NCBI GenBank assembly: GCA_964568845.1
Contig: CAZMSC010000002.1
Coordinates: forward strand, 3,283 to 67,282
Direction: 5' to 3'
Length of the DNA stretch: 64,000 bases
From: an uncultured Candidatus Bathyarchaeia archaeon
GTDB taxonomy: Archaea; Thermoproteota; CALKCG01; B24
The notes below the pieces were generated by a model. The model was not told the DNA's origin, did no database searches, and saw nothing but the letters and a program-made list of their open reading frames with translations. Numbering within the stretch: position 1 is the stretch's first letter; every line of letters starts with the position of its first letter. The translations under genes and the position numbers were made by a program. This document shows, in pieces, positions 37,654 to 48,825 of this stretch.

Positions 37654-38826
37654 TCAACTTAAAATTCTAAAACTTAGAAACGTTAAACCTATGTTTAATA
37701 GTAGGAGGCCAAGTGCAAAGGCGTTTAAGCATAATGTTGCGGTTTTACGTAGTACACGGTTTTTTACTTTAGCTAAAAATACGTCTACGAATCCATATCC
37801 ATCCAAGGGGTATACTGGTAACATATTGAATATCGCGAATGCGATGTTTATATTACACATATACATTAAAATCAGATATCCCGTAAATGTTACGGGTCTG
37901 GGTAATAGGTCTCCGAAGATTGATGGACTATAGGGATATGCGTAGAACCTCACGTTTAAACTCCTGTTGGACTCACCTATGGAAACGTTAAAAACACCTT
38001 TATCGGTTTTAATGATCAGGTTATCTGTTATATTCAATCTGCTGAGTTCTTTCAGCGGATTCTGATATGGCGTTATGAACGGTATTGAAGGCTTAGTTAA
38101 CCCCAATCTAACGCCATTTATCTCACTTATGATGCTCCAGCTGTCTAAGCCGAGCTTATACAATGGGCTGTCTGGACTTACACTGTAGACTAGAAGGCCC
38201 TGAGGCTGTTGGAAGAGCACGTTCAAAACTATAAGTGTTATGAACGCTACTGCTAGGTTTGCTGAAGGGCCTGACGACACTATCCTAAGCTTAGATAGAG
38301 ATTTAGACTTCTTGAAAGCCTCTTCATTCGGTTCAACAAATCCTCCAAATACTATTAATGCTAAGAGTAGTCCAGAAGATTCAACTGGTATGTTTTCAAG
38401 TCTGGCTACGACTCCATGCATCATTTCATGTACGGTGAGTCCTACGAGAATTGCTGGTAGAATGTAAAGTAGAGGCTCAAAACCCACTGTTATACCCGGC
38501 AGTATTGGCACCAATCCTATAGCTTCCTCAGACCTTATGAGTAGTTTAAATATGTTTCCTGTGAGCGTATAGGTTGAAAACAGCATCAGTCCAAATGCTA
38601 AAAATACGCTGAGTGTCGAATAATACCTCCAGAACTCTTTAAACTCATTTGACAGGTCGTCGAGGAGTTTGTTGAATTTTGCCGTCCTATATATGATTAT
38701 GAAGGGTTTAACGTAGAGATTTTTCCTATCCAACCTCAATACCTTAGCGATCACATAAACCGCAAGCCAAAACGCTACAATGAGCACCAAATACATTCCG
38801 GTGCGTATGTATATGTTTAAGCTCAA
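37654..38826 (-). CDS. site-2 protease family (M50) intramembrane metalloprotease
   Basis: Polytopic membrane ORF with HEMMHG (HExxH), a PDZ-like insert, and a distal NMLPVYPLDG motif. Confidence 0.75.
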   Translation of the reverse strand: MSLNIYIRTGMYLVLIVAFWLAVYVIAKVLRLDRKNLYVKPFIIIYRTAKFNKLLDDLSNEFKEFWRYYSTLSVFLAFGLMLFSTYTLTGNIFKLLIRSEEAIGLVPILPGITVGFEPLLYILPAILVGLTVHEMMHGVVARLENIPVESSGLLLALIVFGGFVEPNEEAFKKSKSLSKLRIVSSGPSANLAVAFITLIVLNVLFQQPQGLLVYSVSPDSPLYKLGLDSWSIISEINGVRLGLTKPSIPFITPYQNPLKELSRLNITDNLIIKTDKGVFNVSIGESNRSLNVRFYAYPYSPSIFGDLLPRPVTFTGYLILMYMCNINIAFAIFNMLPVYPLDGYGFVDVFLAKVKNRVLRKTATLCLNAFALGLLLLNIGLTFLSFRILS

Positions 38827-39539
38827 AACCTCAACCTCCTCCTAGCTGGAGGGTTTTTAGAGACAATTTCCTCAAAAACGCTTTCAAAATTATCCCCCTC
38901 GGTTAAAAGCCTTTTGACGAATAAACCTGTCCTACCATGTTCATCCCTCTTCTTTAAAACCCTCACCCGTTCTTTAACGACGTCTATGCTTACGCCGAGT
39001 TCTCTAGCCACTTCAGACTCAAACCCCTCAATCGGATATTCAAGATGACCATTAGCTGTAGGTTTGATGAATGTAAGCCTTTTAGTGCATCCGGGCACTC
39101 TCAAGTCTTCCCTCAATTCTTTAAGCCCCATCATACCGCCGAATCTGTAGAATTCAAGCTCCCTAGCTCTAAAACTCAGAAGTGGAAACGTTACAGAGGT
39201 CTTCTCTCGAAAGTCCAAATATATGTGGGCTTTAGGAGTATTGCTTGGGGTTGCCTGCGTTAAAACCCTACTGAAAATATTAAAGCCTCTAATAAGTAGG
39301 CACGTTTCTACGACATGACTTGAAACAGGCTGAAGGATAACGACATCAACATCGCTGTCTTCATCAACATCCCCCCTAGCCACACTTCCATGAATAAATC
39401 CCCTGATATTAAAGCTTTCTAAAGCTTCAAGTAGCTTAATAGCCTCTACTCTAAGCCTTCTCAGAATCAGCCACCTTTCAGCCGAATATAAAACCTCTAG
39501 GACTTCCCTTAGTTTAAGAGGCTTCTCAGCCATTTCCAA
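38823..39539 (-). CDS. nucleotidyltransferase-domain protein (Pol beta superfamily), function unknown
   Basis: GSVARGDVDEDSDVDVVIL (GS..D.D motif). Overlaps the downstream protease gene by 4 nt. Confidence 0.55.
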   Translation of the reverse strand: MEMAEKPLKLREVLEVLYSAERWLILRRLRVEAIKLLEALESFNIRGFIHGSVARGDVDEDSDVDVVILQPVSSHVVETCLLIRGFNIFSRVLTQATPSNTPKAHIYLDFREKTSVTFPLLSFRARELEFYRFGGMMGLKELREDLRVPGCTKRLTFIKPTANGHLEYPIEGFESEVARELGVSIDVVKERVRVLKKRDEHGRTGLFVKRLLTEGDNFESVFEEIVSKNPPARRRLRF

Positions 39540-39788
39540 AATTAATTATGATAAAATTCTCCTAATAAGGTTAGCCTGTACACATACGTTTAAGATGCTT
39601 TTTTCTATTTATAGGATGAAGAGTTTTTCGAATAAAGCCTCACTGATTAAACTCTAAATGTAGAAACTCAAGTAAGCTTTAAAGTGAAGCCCATCGTCCT
39701 ATCAGCCCCCCCGTCCTTTCCCCTTTTCCGTTATGGGAAAGGTATAAAGCTTCGAGTTTTCTCTTTTAAAGGGGGAGTGTTAAGAGTT

Positions 39789-40355
39789 ATGGGCGTCTTC
39801 AGGGTGAGGATTCCGATTAGTAGAGTTGGCGTTTTGATAGGAGCTAAAGGTGAAGTTAAACGTACTATTGAAGAAAAGTGTCATGTTAAACTTAACATAG
39901 ATAGTTCATCTGGTGATGTTGAAATATCGTCTATTGACAATGGAGATATTTTAAGCCCGCTTGTGGCTAAGAACGTGGTTTTAGCCATAGGCCGTGGCTT
40001 CAGCCCTGAGAGAGCGCTCAGACTTTTAGAGGAGGATACGATGTTTGAGATTGTAGATCTTCGAAATGATTTTGGTTTGAATGAGAATGCCGTTAGAAGA
40101 ATTCAGGGTAGAATCATAGGACGTGAAGGTAAGGCTAGAAAGATGATAGAAGAACTCACGGGTGTATATGTATCCGTTTATGGTAATACTGTCGCTTTAA
40201 TAGGTAAAAGCCCTTGGTTTGAACTCGCTAAAGAAGCCATTCAAATGCTCATAGACGGTCGTCAACACAGCACAGTCTATAAACACCTTACTAAGGAGCG
40301 TAGGAGAATTAAAAGACTTGAAATGGATATTTGGAAGAAACCGGGCGAAGAGTAA
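39789..40355 (+). CDS. KH-domain RNA-binding protein (aDim2/Pno1-like)
   Basis: Two KH-like modules (RVGVLIGAKGEVKRTIEEK; IQGRIIGREGKARKMIEELTG). I prefer ATG 39789 to the GTG at 39684 because family members begin just before the first KH motif. Confidence 0.7.
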   Translation: MGVFRVRIPISRVGVLIGAKGEVKRTIEEKCHVKLNIDSSSGDVEISSIDNGDILSPLVAKNVVLAIGRGFSPERALRLLEEDTMFEIVDLRNDFGLNENAVRRIQGRIIGREGKARKMIEELTGVYVSVYGNTVALIGKSPWFELAKEAIQMLIDGRQHSTVYKHLTKERRRIKRLEMDIWKKPGEE

Positions 40356-40360
40356 AAAAC

Positions 40361-41158
40361 CTAGATTTTCAATATTCTAAGTATGTTCTTCCCCAGGATA
40401 TTCTCCTCATCCATCGGATTTAACTTTAGAGCCTTTATTTTTTCAAGTTCTCTCTTCGCGAAACTTACGGTGTCCGGCTCTTCATGCGGTCCATCTGTAC
40501 CAAATATTATACGATTTGAACCTACCTTTTGAACAGCTTCCCTTATCTTATGGGCCAGTAGAACCCCGCTCGTATCCAGATATATGTTTTCATATGTGGA
40601 TGCCAAGTTTATGAACTGGTCTATGAGTTTTTCATCCGTAGATAGGTACTTTCCGAAGTGTGCAACTATCATCTTGACCTTTGGAAACTTTTCAACCATA
40701 CGTTTGACATCTGAATACCTTCCTACGCAATCTATTAGACAGGGCACTTCAAGCTTCTCAGCCAATTCTATAACAGGATCTACGACGTATTCAGCTATCG
40801 TATACTCTCCAGCGTGAACTTTGATTCCTTTAAATCCAAGCCTCACCACGGCGTCTACAATCTCATCGTTGACAGCTTTCTCAAAACTTGGAATAGCGTA
40901 AACGTAGGGTATTAATCTACCTGGAAACTTTCTACAGGCTTCAAGAGCCATCTCTATCGAACGTTTGGTTGAGGTGCTCATTGCGAAAACCACGGAAACA
41001 TCTATACCGACAGCATCCATAGTATAGACTATTGTTTCGGGACTATACTCGGTCCTGCTGACGTCACCATGTTTCAAATGAACATGGGAATCTACGATCA
41101 GAACAATCCCCTCAAGTATAAGTAAAATGTGACGCTTAAAGATAATCTTAACCGTCAT
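40361..41158 (-). CDS. amidohydrolase-2 family metal-dependent hydrolase
   Basis: VDSHVHL, IKVHAG, VAHFG, IYLDTSG and IIFGTDGP motifs. Intact paralog of 26767..27567. The start is uncertain. Confidence 0.75.
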   Translation of the reverse strand: MTVKIIFKRHILLILEGIVLIVDSHVHLKHGDVSRTEYSPETIVYTMDAVGIDVSVVFAMSTSTKRSIEMALEACRKFPGRLIPYVYAIPSFEKAVNDEIVDAVVRLGFKGIKVHAGEYTIAEYVVDPVIELAEKLEVPCLIDCVGRYSDVKRMVEKFPKVKMIVAHFGKYLSTDEKLIDQFINLASTYENIYLDTSGVLLAHKIREAVQKVGSNRIIFGTDGPHEEPDTVSFAKRELEKIKALKLNPMDEENILGKNILRILKI

Positions 41159-41440
41159 AGATCAGAACCTTCGCAGAAGGCTCCTGGCTAATCTGTATAA
41201 CTTATTAACGGGTTTTCGACTTGCATGACTCTGAGGATTTTTGAACCATGTAACGTTTTAATTTGACGGTATTAGAAACTGTCCCTTTCGTTGGAGGTAT
41301 AAAGGCTTTATATTTGTCTTGACATGAAAAAAGAATTATAAGCTTCCAATACAAATACCAAATGCTATTGACGAAACCATTTGGGAAGTAAAAACAAACT
41401 TATCAGGTAGAAATTTTCCCTCAGGATTTCACAATAGTGC

Positions 41441-41806
41441 TCAGCTAACCCCTTCAAAGTCATTCTTACTCCCTATTTTTACAAGGTATATCCTACCCTT
41501 CTTGAGATGTATTCCGATTTTGTTTTTAAGTTTCAAGTAGTTTCGTGCGGAAGATAATAGTGGAGCCATCTGTCTAGGGCTCAGCTCTAACCCCTCTATT
41601 TTCAACTCGACAAACGACTCCTCTGAATTTAGAAAATCGTTTAACAACTTTTTCCAGAATCCCCTAGGCACTTTTCTTTTAACAAACGACTTCTTCAGCA
41701 TTTGCTTTGTCTCCTCGTCTACTGGTACAAATTTGTACTGTAGATTTAAGTTATATATCTGCTCTTCCTTATTTTTCAATTTCATATTTCCCCCTTTGCC
41801 TGTCAT
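41441..41806 (-). CDS. hypothetical protein
   Basis: 121-aa Lys-rich ORF in an AT-rich stretch. I recognise no motif. An alternative start is ATG at 41783-41785. Confidence 0.35.
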   Translation of the reverse strand: MTGKGGNMKLKNKEEQIYNLNLQYKFVPVDEETKQMLKKSFVKRKVPRGFWKKLLNDFLNSEESFVELKIEGLELSPRQMAPLLSSARNYLKLKNKIGIHLKKGRIYLVKIGSKNDFEGVS

Positions 41807-42074
41807 CTAGTCTAGGGTATAGAACCCCTTTAATAGGAGGATCCCCTTTAAATGTAAATGGGCTAATTCGGTAACATACATCCTATACATATTGGTGAAA
41901 AACTTCCATAAAAGTTTTGTAAGGAATTTTCACAATCTTTTCTAGTTTAAATTGGAAAAAATCTAAAATTTACATATAAACCCTACAAGCTTCTATTTTA
42001 CAGAAAATTAACACTAAAGATATTCCTGTGATGTCCTTGAAAATACTTGGTTAAATGATAGATTTCGAGAAATA

Positions 42075-42764
42075 CTAATCTTCTATGTAGATATACCCCG
42101 TTTCAGTTCTCCCCATTCTCATATAGCTAGTTATGAAACCCCAGTGCATATAGTTCGCCTTACCATATACTGTCCAGTAGTTTATGTAAACCCCCTTTAT
42201 ACCGTTCTCAAGCATGACTACAACAGTGTAGGTTTTCCCAATCCTAACGCCTGTGAATATGGCTTGAGAATGCCATTGATTTGGAGCTATTGGAACTTCT
42301 ACCAAAGGCTCAGCCACTCCAAGCTCCCAGATCATTGCAAACCCCTTCGGAGCTAGTGTAGGCTTGTCATAGAATGCTAAATCCACAATTAGGTAGCCAG
42401 CCTCCCAAGCTGTAGGAGCCTCTACGAAGACTGCTGTAATGTTTGCATCTCCTTCGAGTGTTAAAGTCGTGAAGGGTGATGAGCTGTAGTTTATGAAGTT
42501 TATATGCCAATGGTCAAACTCAAAACCGTTGTAGACGTCTGCAACCTGGAGCGTTATGGTTGTTCCCCGCTTCACAGTATAAACTCCGGGAAGAGGAAAC
42601 GTAAGACCACCTGGCGTAGCCTCGATCTTGAGAGTTACATATTCTTCAGATGTTGAGCTAAACCATGGGACGAACGGTTCTTCTCCGAAAGAAGCGGAGG
42701 CCACAATTAATCCTAGTGTTACTACGATCAGAAGTCCGACTGTGGATTTCAAATTCATAACCAC
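42075..42764 (-). CDS. hypothetical secreted or membrane-anchored protein
   Basis: N-terminal hydrophobic segment (VGLLIVVTLGLIVASA) followed by a beta-rich region. The segment PGVYTVKRGTTITLQVADVYNGFEFDHWHIN resembles InlB-B-repeat-like domains. Confidence 0.5.
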   Translation of the reverse strand: MVMNLKSTVGLLIVVTLGLIVASASFGEEPFVPWFSSTSEEYVTLKIEATPGGLTFPLPGVYTVKRGTTITLQVADVYNGFEFDHWHINFINYSSSPFTTLTLEGDANITAVFVEAPTAWEAGYLIVDLAFYDKPTLAPKGFAMIWELGVAEPLVEVPIAPNQWHSQAIFTGVRIGKTYTVVVMLENGIKGVYINYWTVYGKANYMHWGFITSYMRMGRTETGYIYIED

Positions 42765-42977
42765 AAGATGTTAATGTGATCTTCCTATATATACTTTAAC
42801 ATTCTCCAGACATATGGCACACGACATATTACTGCTATATTTTCAAAAAAGTAGTTTCCCTGTTAAAATAGTGATATGTATCATGTTAAAAGGTTTATCT
42901 GGTGGCATGTACTGTTGTTATACAACTCCAACTAAACTATGAATCGCTTCTATGGAGGATTGAAAGGAGGCTTAAAC

Positions 42978-44567
42978 ATGGTTGAATTTCAAGAGATAAG
43001 TCCAGCAGACTTCTTCTATAGAAATAGAGATATCGCTGGCTTCACAAACCCTGCTAGAGCATTATATAGTACTGTAAGAGAACTGGTTGAAAACTCCTTA
43101 GACGCATGCGAATCGGTTGGGGCTCTACCAAATATATACATAAGACTTACATGCGTGAGCGGGCCGCTTGATGGAGCGGCGGTCTTCAAGATTAAAGTCT
43201 TAGATAATGGGTCTGGGGTTCCAGAGCATAACATCCCCCTGGCGTTTGGCAAAGTACTCTACGGTTCAAAATATAAGCTTAAACAGACACGTGGAGCCTT
43301 CGGCTTAGGAGGGAAAATGGCAATACTTTACGGTCAGATAACCACAAATAAATCTGTCAGGGTAGTCTCAAGTACAGGTAGCTCGCATATACATGAGTAT
43401 GTGCTTAACATAGATATTCGGAAGAATGAACCCAAAATATTGAGTAGAAAAAACTACGAAAACGTGAACAATTGGAGAGGGACTCTCGTAGAATTTTACA
43501 CAGAAGGGGACTACTACAGGTCTTCGTCTAGAATAGTAGATTACCTTAAACAGACGGCCATGGTAAACCCATATGCAGAAATAACCTTCGTTGACCCCAA
43601 AGGCCACCTGTATTTGTTTGAAAGAGGTGTCGGTGAAATGCCTCCGGCTCCTAAGGAAACTCTTCCGCATCCATATGGCGTAGATGTTGAAGCATTGAAG
43701 AGGATTATAGCGGATACTAAGGCTAAATCCCTGCTTGAATTCATGACTGAGCATTTCCATAGGGTTGGAAAAGCTATAGCATACAAGTTCCTCGGTGAAG
43801 CCTCTTTAAACCCAGACATGAACCCTAAGAAGCTAAGCCAGGATGATATAGTTAAACTCGTAAACCACATGAAAAACTTTAAAGGCTTCCTTCCGCCAGA
43901 CGCGTCATGCCTGTCGCCTCTAGGTGAAAAACTGCTTAAAGCTGGTATAGAGAAAGAGCTTAAACCAGAGTTTGTAGCGGTTATTCAGAGGAAGCCCTCC
44001 TCATACTCAGGGTATCCATTTATAGTTGAAGTCGGCATAGCCTATGGTGGAAGCATACTTAAACCTGGTATAACCTTATACAGGTTTAGCAATAAAATAC
44101 CCCTTCTATACGATGAGACAAGCGACGTAAGCTGGAAAGTCGTAAATGAGCTGATAGATTGGAGTAGGTATAAGGTTGATGTGACAGCGGACCCCGTAGC
44201 TGTTATAGTCCACATATGCTCAACGAAAATCCCCTATAAGACAGTTGGTAAGGAGTTTATAGCAGATAGACCTGAAATCGAACATGAAATACTCAACGGT
44301 GTTAGAATAGTAGCTCGTCAGCTCATGCTTCACCTATCTAGGAAGAAGCGCGTTCAAATGGAGCGGGCGCGTTTAGAAGTCTTCAGCAAATACCTGAATA
44401 AACTCGCATTATTCAGTGCTAGGCTAAGCGGTAGGAAGAAGCCTCCAGATTTGAAGCCGCTTCTTTTGAAAATTGCTAAGCTCAACCTGGCGGAGGAAGA
44501 GGAGAGCGTTGGGGAAAAACTTGAAAAGCCTCCAGTTATAAAGGTGAAGAGTTATGAGAAAACGTAG
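42978..44567 (+). CDS. top6B: DNA topoisomerase VI subunit B
   Basis: ISPADFFYRNRDIAGF, Bergerat ATP-binding motifs ELVENSLDA and GAFGLGGKM, and position upstream of top6A. ATG 42978 is preceded by AGGAGG. Confidence 0.92.
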   Translation: MVEFQEISPADFFYRNRDIAGFTNPARALYSTVRELVENSLDACESVGALPNIYIRLTCVSGPLDGAAVFKIKVLDNGSGVPEHNIPLAFGKVLYGSKYKLKQTRGAFGLGGKMAILYGQITTNKSVRVVSSTGSSHIHEYVLNIDIRKNEPKILSRKNYENVNNWRGTLVEFYTEGDYYRSSSRIVDYLKQTAMVNPYAEITFVDPKGHLYLFERGVGEMPPAPKETLPHPYGVDVEALKRIIADTKAKSLLEFMTEHFHRVGKAIAYKFLGEASLNPDMNPKKLSQDDIVKLVNHMKNFKGFLPPDASCLSPLGEKLLKAGIEKELKPEFVAVIQRKPSSYSGYPFIVEVGIAYGGSILKPGITLYRFSNKIPLLYDETSDVSWKVVNELIDWSRYKVDVTADPVAVIVHICSTKIPYKTVGKEFIADRPEIEHEILNGVRIVARQLMLHLSRKKRVQMERARLEVFSKYLNKLALFSARLSGRKKPPDLKPLLLKIAKLNLAEEEESVGEKLEKPPVIKVKSYEKT

Positions 44568-45720
44568 CAAAACTGTTAAAAGTCCAATTAAGCTTTCAGC
44601 TTTCAAAAGCAGATCTAAAACCGTAGAACAGAAGCTTAAGCCTCCAAGAGGGGAGGAGAGGAGGAGAATAGTTGTTGAGAAGTTTCGGAGGCTAGGTGAA
44701 GACATCTACTATAGGCTTGAAGCCGGAGAGTTTCCATATCTCAAAATTCCAAGTCGTTCAACTAAAAACATAATATATGATCCTACGCTTAGACAGTTCG
44801 TACTTGGAGAACGTTTCTTCGTGAGAAGCGCTAAAAACGTTAGACACTTAAGACCGTTAACCCAACTCGTATGGGTTGCATACACGGCCAACACGCTCTG
44901 TACCATGGATAAGACTTCAACTCTTAGAGACATATATTACATGGCTCAGGCAGATGGTATAGACTTCAACGATCAACAGGAAAGCGATGAAGTAATCACA
45001 GAGCTTGAAACGGTTTTAGGCGTACCTAGGGAAGAGTTCAACATATTCCCAGAAGAAAGGTCTGCCATATTCGGCGATTTAACCATAGAGTACACAGTTA
45101 GAGAGTACAAAGGGGTTAGAGTAAATCTTACAATGCACCCCGACGGGTTGGTAATTGGTCCAACTCTTACAAGTGCAGACTTCATCCACTGTGAAGCAGA
45201 TAAAGCCATAGTTATTGAGAAAGGAGCTATGTTTACAAGGTTCATCGAGGAGAAAGTGCATAAAAAGTTTAAAGCAATACTCATACATACAGCTGGTCAA
45301 CCTCCCAGAGCAACTAGACGTTTAATAAGGAGGTTGAATCTAGAGCTCAACCTGCCAGTTTACGTTTTCGTAGATGGGGATCCCTGGGGTATGCACATCG
45401 CCCAAGTCATACTTTCAGGCTCCGCTAGAGCTGGGCATATACCTGAACTTGCAACGCCGGATGCCTTATGGGCTGGGGTATACGCTTCAGACATAGTGAA
45501 GTATAAACTTCCAAGCGACCCGTTGACTAAAGTAGACCTTAAACGTCTCGAAGAGCTTAAGAAAGACCCCAGGTATAAAGACGAATTATGGCAGAAGGAG
45601 ATAGCTACGTTTCAGAAGATTAAAAGAAAGTCTGAACAGGAGGCTTTCAGTAGATACGGCTTAACATTTATAGTCAGTAATTACCTGCCTCAGAGGCTTA
45701 AAGAGCTAAGCCATAGATAA
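44554..45720 (+). CDS. top6A: DNA topoisomerase VI subunit A (Spo11 family)
   Basis: Winged-helix region with TLRDIYY (catalytic Tyr context) and Toprim motifs VIEKGAMF and VFVDGDPWG. Overlaps top6B by 14 nt. Confidence 0.92.
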   Translation: MRKRSKTVKSPIKLSAFKSRSKTVEQKLKPPRGEERRRIVVEKFRRLGEDIYYRLEAGEFPYLKIPSRSTKNIIYDPTLRQFVLGERFFVRSAKNVRHLRPLTQLVWVAYTANTLCTMDKTSTLRDIYYMAQADGIDFNDQQESDEVITELETVLGVPREEFNIFPEERSAIFGDLTIEYTVREYKGVRVNLTMHPDGLVIGPTLTSADFIHCEADKAIVIEKGAMFTRFIEEKVHKKFKAILIHTAGQPPRATRRLIRRLNLELNLPVYVFVDGDPWGMHIAQVILSGSARAGHIPELATPDALWAGVYASDIVKYKLPSDPLTKVDLKRLEELKKDPRYKDELWQKEIATFQKIKRKSEQEAFSRYGLTFIVSNYLPQRLKELSHR

Positions 45721-45799
45721 CTGCTCTATTAGTTTGATTCGTAAGGATGAGTTTAAACCTTTATACTCTCTAAGCTATACTTCTTAATGGCGTCTAAAA

Positions 45800-48778
45800 T
45801 TGGATAAGCGTGTCTTCAGAAACCCGGGTAAGGAGTTTAGAGGGGCACCATTCTGGTCTTTAAACGATAAACTTGAAGGTTTAGAGCTTTCCAGACAGAT
45901 AGGTTTGATGGATGATGGATGGTTTGGAGGCTTCTTTCTCCATGCTAGGGAGGGGCTGGTAACTCCCTACATGAGTGAAGAATGGCTTAATATGATTGAA
46001 ATATGCGTGAGGGAGGCTGAGAAAAGAGGTATGTACGCTTGGCTTTACGATGAAGATAAGTGGCCTAGCGGCTTCGCTGGGGGCGTTGTTCCAGCTTTAA
46101 GCCTAGACTACAGGGTTAAAGCATTAGCCATGATGGTTAGCGGAATGATAATAAGGTCTCCCGAGCTTCTGAAGGTCTTCGAATGTGATTTTACAGAAGG
46201 TAAGCCAGTGAATTTGAGAGCTGTGGAGGCGGGCGAAAAGCCTAAGACTAGTAAAAACTACATACACTTCTACGTTTGGTCAGCTCCAATTGGAAGTAAG
46301 TGGTTTGACGGTTTCTCCTACATAGACGTGTTAAACCCGGAAGCTGTTGAAAAATTCATAGAATCCACATATGAGAAGTACTGTCAGCGTTTTAGAAGGT
46401 GGGTTGGCAACACAATACCGGGCATATTCACAGATGAACCCAACTATCTATCTGGACATGAGTCTTTAAACTATCCAGCAGTACCTTGGACGACTAGGTT
46501 TCCAGAATTCTTCAAATCTAGATGCGGATACGATATTACAGGTCATCTGCCAAGCCTATTCTTCGATATAGGCGACTACAATAAAGTCAGGTACGACTTC
46601 TGGAGGACTTTAACGGAACTTTTCGTTGAAAGCTACAGTAAACAGGTCTATGAGTGGTGTGATAGGCATGGTTTGAAGTATACTGGACACTATCTCTCAG
46701 AAGAATCTCTTACAAGTCAGATAAGGGTTGCAGGAGCTGTTATGCCCCACTATGAGTACATGCATATGCCGGGTATAGACCATTTACGTAAAGACATAGA
46801 TGAGATTTTAACAGTTAAACAGGTTGCAAGCGTGGCTAATCAGCTCGGCAGGGAGAGGGTGCTTTCGGAGACTTATGGGTGTAGCGGTCAAAACTTATCC
46901 TTCGAAGATAGAAAGTGGATAGGTGATTGGGAGTATGTATTGGGTGTCAACTTCCTAAATCACCACCTATCGCTATACTCCATGAGGGGTAGGCGTAAGA
47001 GAGACTATCCGCCTAACATATTTTACCAGCAACCCTGGTGGAGGTTTAACAGCCTCATAGAATCTTACTTTACAAGGCTCAGCTATGCGCTGTCAAGAGG
47101 TATGAGAATTGTCGACATATTGATATTGCATCCAATTGGAAGTGGCTGGGCTATGTTCACTCCTCTAAACACGTCTAAGGTTGAGAATTTACATAGAGAT
47201 TTTGAGAAAACCCTTAGAACTTTTCTTGAAAAACACTGGGACTTCGAACTTGGAGATGAATCTATAATAGCTAAATACGGTAAAGTGGACGACGTCTCCT
47301 TCATAGTTGGAAGATGCCGTTACAGTGCAGTCGTCATACCGCCCAGCTTAACGCTTGCAGAATCCACTGTTAAACTCTTAGAGAACTACGTAGCTAACGG
47401 TGGGCTTCTTATAGCAATTGAGCCAACGCCTAAAATGGTTGATTGTAAACCGTCTAGTAGGATTGAGGCGGTTTTAAACATGGCTGTTAAAGTTAAAGAC
47501 GCCTATGAAGCCGTCAATATTCTAAATGAGAGAGTTAAAAGGAGGGTTTTAATCAACTGTTTGAAGAACGATGCTTCCAACGTATGGTACCATTTAAGAA
47601 GAGACGGCTCTCAGCAGATACTTTTCCTAGCCAATCTTAGTAGAACGCAGGAGGTAGACCTCGAACTTGGTTTACTCGGTAGCGGTAGACTTGAGGAGTA
47701 TGATCCATTCACTGGTGACTCGAAAACTACAAATCAGGAGACTAGAGGTGAATACGTCTACACTAGAGTCATACTTCCACCCGTAGGCTCTAAACTGCTC
47801 GTCTTAGACGAGACACAGAAGTCTAAAACAATCGAATTTAAATCGTTCAATGTTGTAGAGGAGTTGATCGTTGGAAAGCCTTGGAAAATTTCAAGAGCGA
47901 CATTAAACGCGTTAACTTTAGACTATTGTAGGTTGGGGTTTGATAATTCATGGACGGCTAAAATCCCAACCTGGAGGGCTCAGAGGATTCTAGAGAGGCT
48001 CGGCTATGGGAAGCAATTCACGGTAAAATACGAGTTTATAGTCGATTTAGACAACTTAGACAGAGAAATCTGGCTTGTTTTAGAAAGTCCCGATAAATTT
48101 AAGATCAAGGTCAACGGTTTCGAGGTCTCCTACAAACCTGAATACGGCTGGTGGATTGATGCTAGTTTTAAACGTATCCCGATTAGAGGACTTGTTAAAA
48201 ACGGGCTTAACACGATTGAACTTGAAGGCGTAAAGCTCTTTACAAAATACATGGTTTCAGGTACAGATGCACACGTCCTTGAAACTGAAGTAGAACCCAT
48301 ATACATAGTGGGAGAATTCGCAGTTGAAAATATCGAAAATAGAGAGTTTAAAATAATTAGAGAATATGACTCTTACGTAGGAGGCGACCTCACAAGACAA
48401 GGATATCCATTTTACGCCGGAGAAATGTCAGTAGAATGCGACTTCAACTTTGAAAAAGAACCTAAAGGTAGAATATTCCTTGTTCTAAGTGGATTACATG
48501 CAACAGTCATAGAAGTTAAAGTAAACGGTTGTAACGCCGGATACATGTTCTTAAAACCACATGAAATCGAAATCACAGACTTCATAAAACCTACGCAGAA
48601 TAAAATTGAAATAAAACTCGTAAACACTCTTAGAAACCTTCTAGGACCGCATCACCATAAAGCTGGAGAGCTTACAGCAGTAGGACCATACAGCTTCCAA
48701 GACGAACTAAACTGGACTGACAACTACAATTTTGTACCCTACGGACTGGACGAAATCAAGATCCAGCTGAGAGCTTAG
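45800..48778 (+). CDS. putative glycoside hydrolase (large multidomain, family not assigned)
   Basis: The N-terminus FRGAPFWSLNDKLEGLELSRQIGLMDDGWFGGFFLHAREGL..WLYDEDKWPSGFAGG resembles a widespread uncharacterised glycosidase-like family. The C-terminus is a beta-sandwich-like region. TTG start. Confidence 0.55.
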   Translation: MDKRVFRNPGKEFRGAPFWSLNDKLEGLELSRQIGLMDDGWFGGFFLHAREGLVTPYMSEEWLNMIEICVREAEKRGMYAWLYDEDKWPSGFAGGVVPALSLDYRVKALAMMVSGMIIRSPELLKVFECDFTEGKPVNLRAVEAGEKPKTSKNYIHFYVWSAPIGSKWFDGFSYIDVLNPEAVEKFIESTYEKYCQRFRRWVGNTIPGIFTDEPNYLSGHESLNYPAVPWTTRFPEFFKSRCGYDITGHLPSLFFDIGDYNKVRYDFWRTLTELFVESYSKQVYEWCDRHGLKYTGHYLSEESLTSQIRVAGAVMPHYEYMHMPGIDHLRKDIDEILTVKQVASVANQLGRERVLSETYGCSGQNLSFEDRKWIGDWEYVLGVNFLNHHLSLYSMRGRRKRDYPPNIFYQQPWWRFNSLIESYFTRLSYALSRGMRIVDILILHPIGSGWAMFTPLNTSKVENLHRDFEKTLRTFLEKHWDFELGDESIIAKYGKVDDVSFIVGRCRYSAVVIPPSLTLAESTVKLLENYVANGGLLIAIEPTPKMVDCKPSSRIEAVLNMAVKVKDAYEAVNILNERVKRRVLINCLKNDASNVWYHLRRDGSQQILFLANLSRTQEVDLELGLLGSGRLEEYDPFTGDSKTTNQETRGEYVYTRVILPPVGSKLLVLDETQKSKTIEFKSFNVVEELIVGKPWKISRATLNALTLDYCRLGFDNSWTAKIPTWRAQRILERLGYGKQFTVKYEFIVDLDNLDREIWLVLESPDKFKIKVNGFEVSYKPEYGWWIDASFKRIPIRGLVKNGLNTIELEGVKLFTKYMVSGTDAHVLETEVEPIYIVGEFAVENIENREFKIIREYDSYVGGDLTRQGYPFYAGEMSVECDFNFEKEPKGRIFLVLSGLHATVIEVKVNGCNAGYMFLKPHEIEITDFIKPTQNKIEIKLVNTLRNLLGPHHHKAGELTAVGPYSFQDELNWTDNYNFVPYGLDEIKIQLRA

Positions 48779-48825
48779 AAACATTAAAAAACCACAGCGT
48801 ATTTTTTATTCTAGTCTCTCCCAAA

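Noticed and set aside
39715-39742. An 8-bp hairpin (CCTTTCCC-n12-GGGAAAGG) upstream of the KH-protein gene as an ncRNA or riboswitch-like element.
   Set aside because: It is a single short C/G-rich hairpin with no further structure, and it could simply be part of a 5' UTR or of the alternative GTG-initiated N-terminal extension. The evidence is insufficient.
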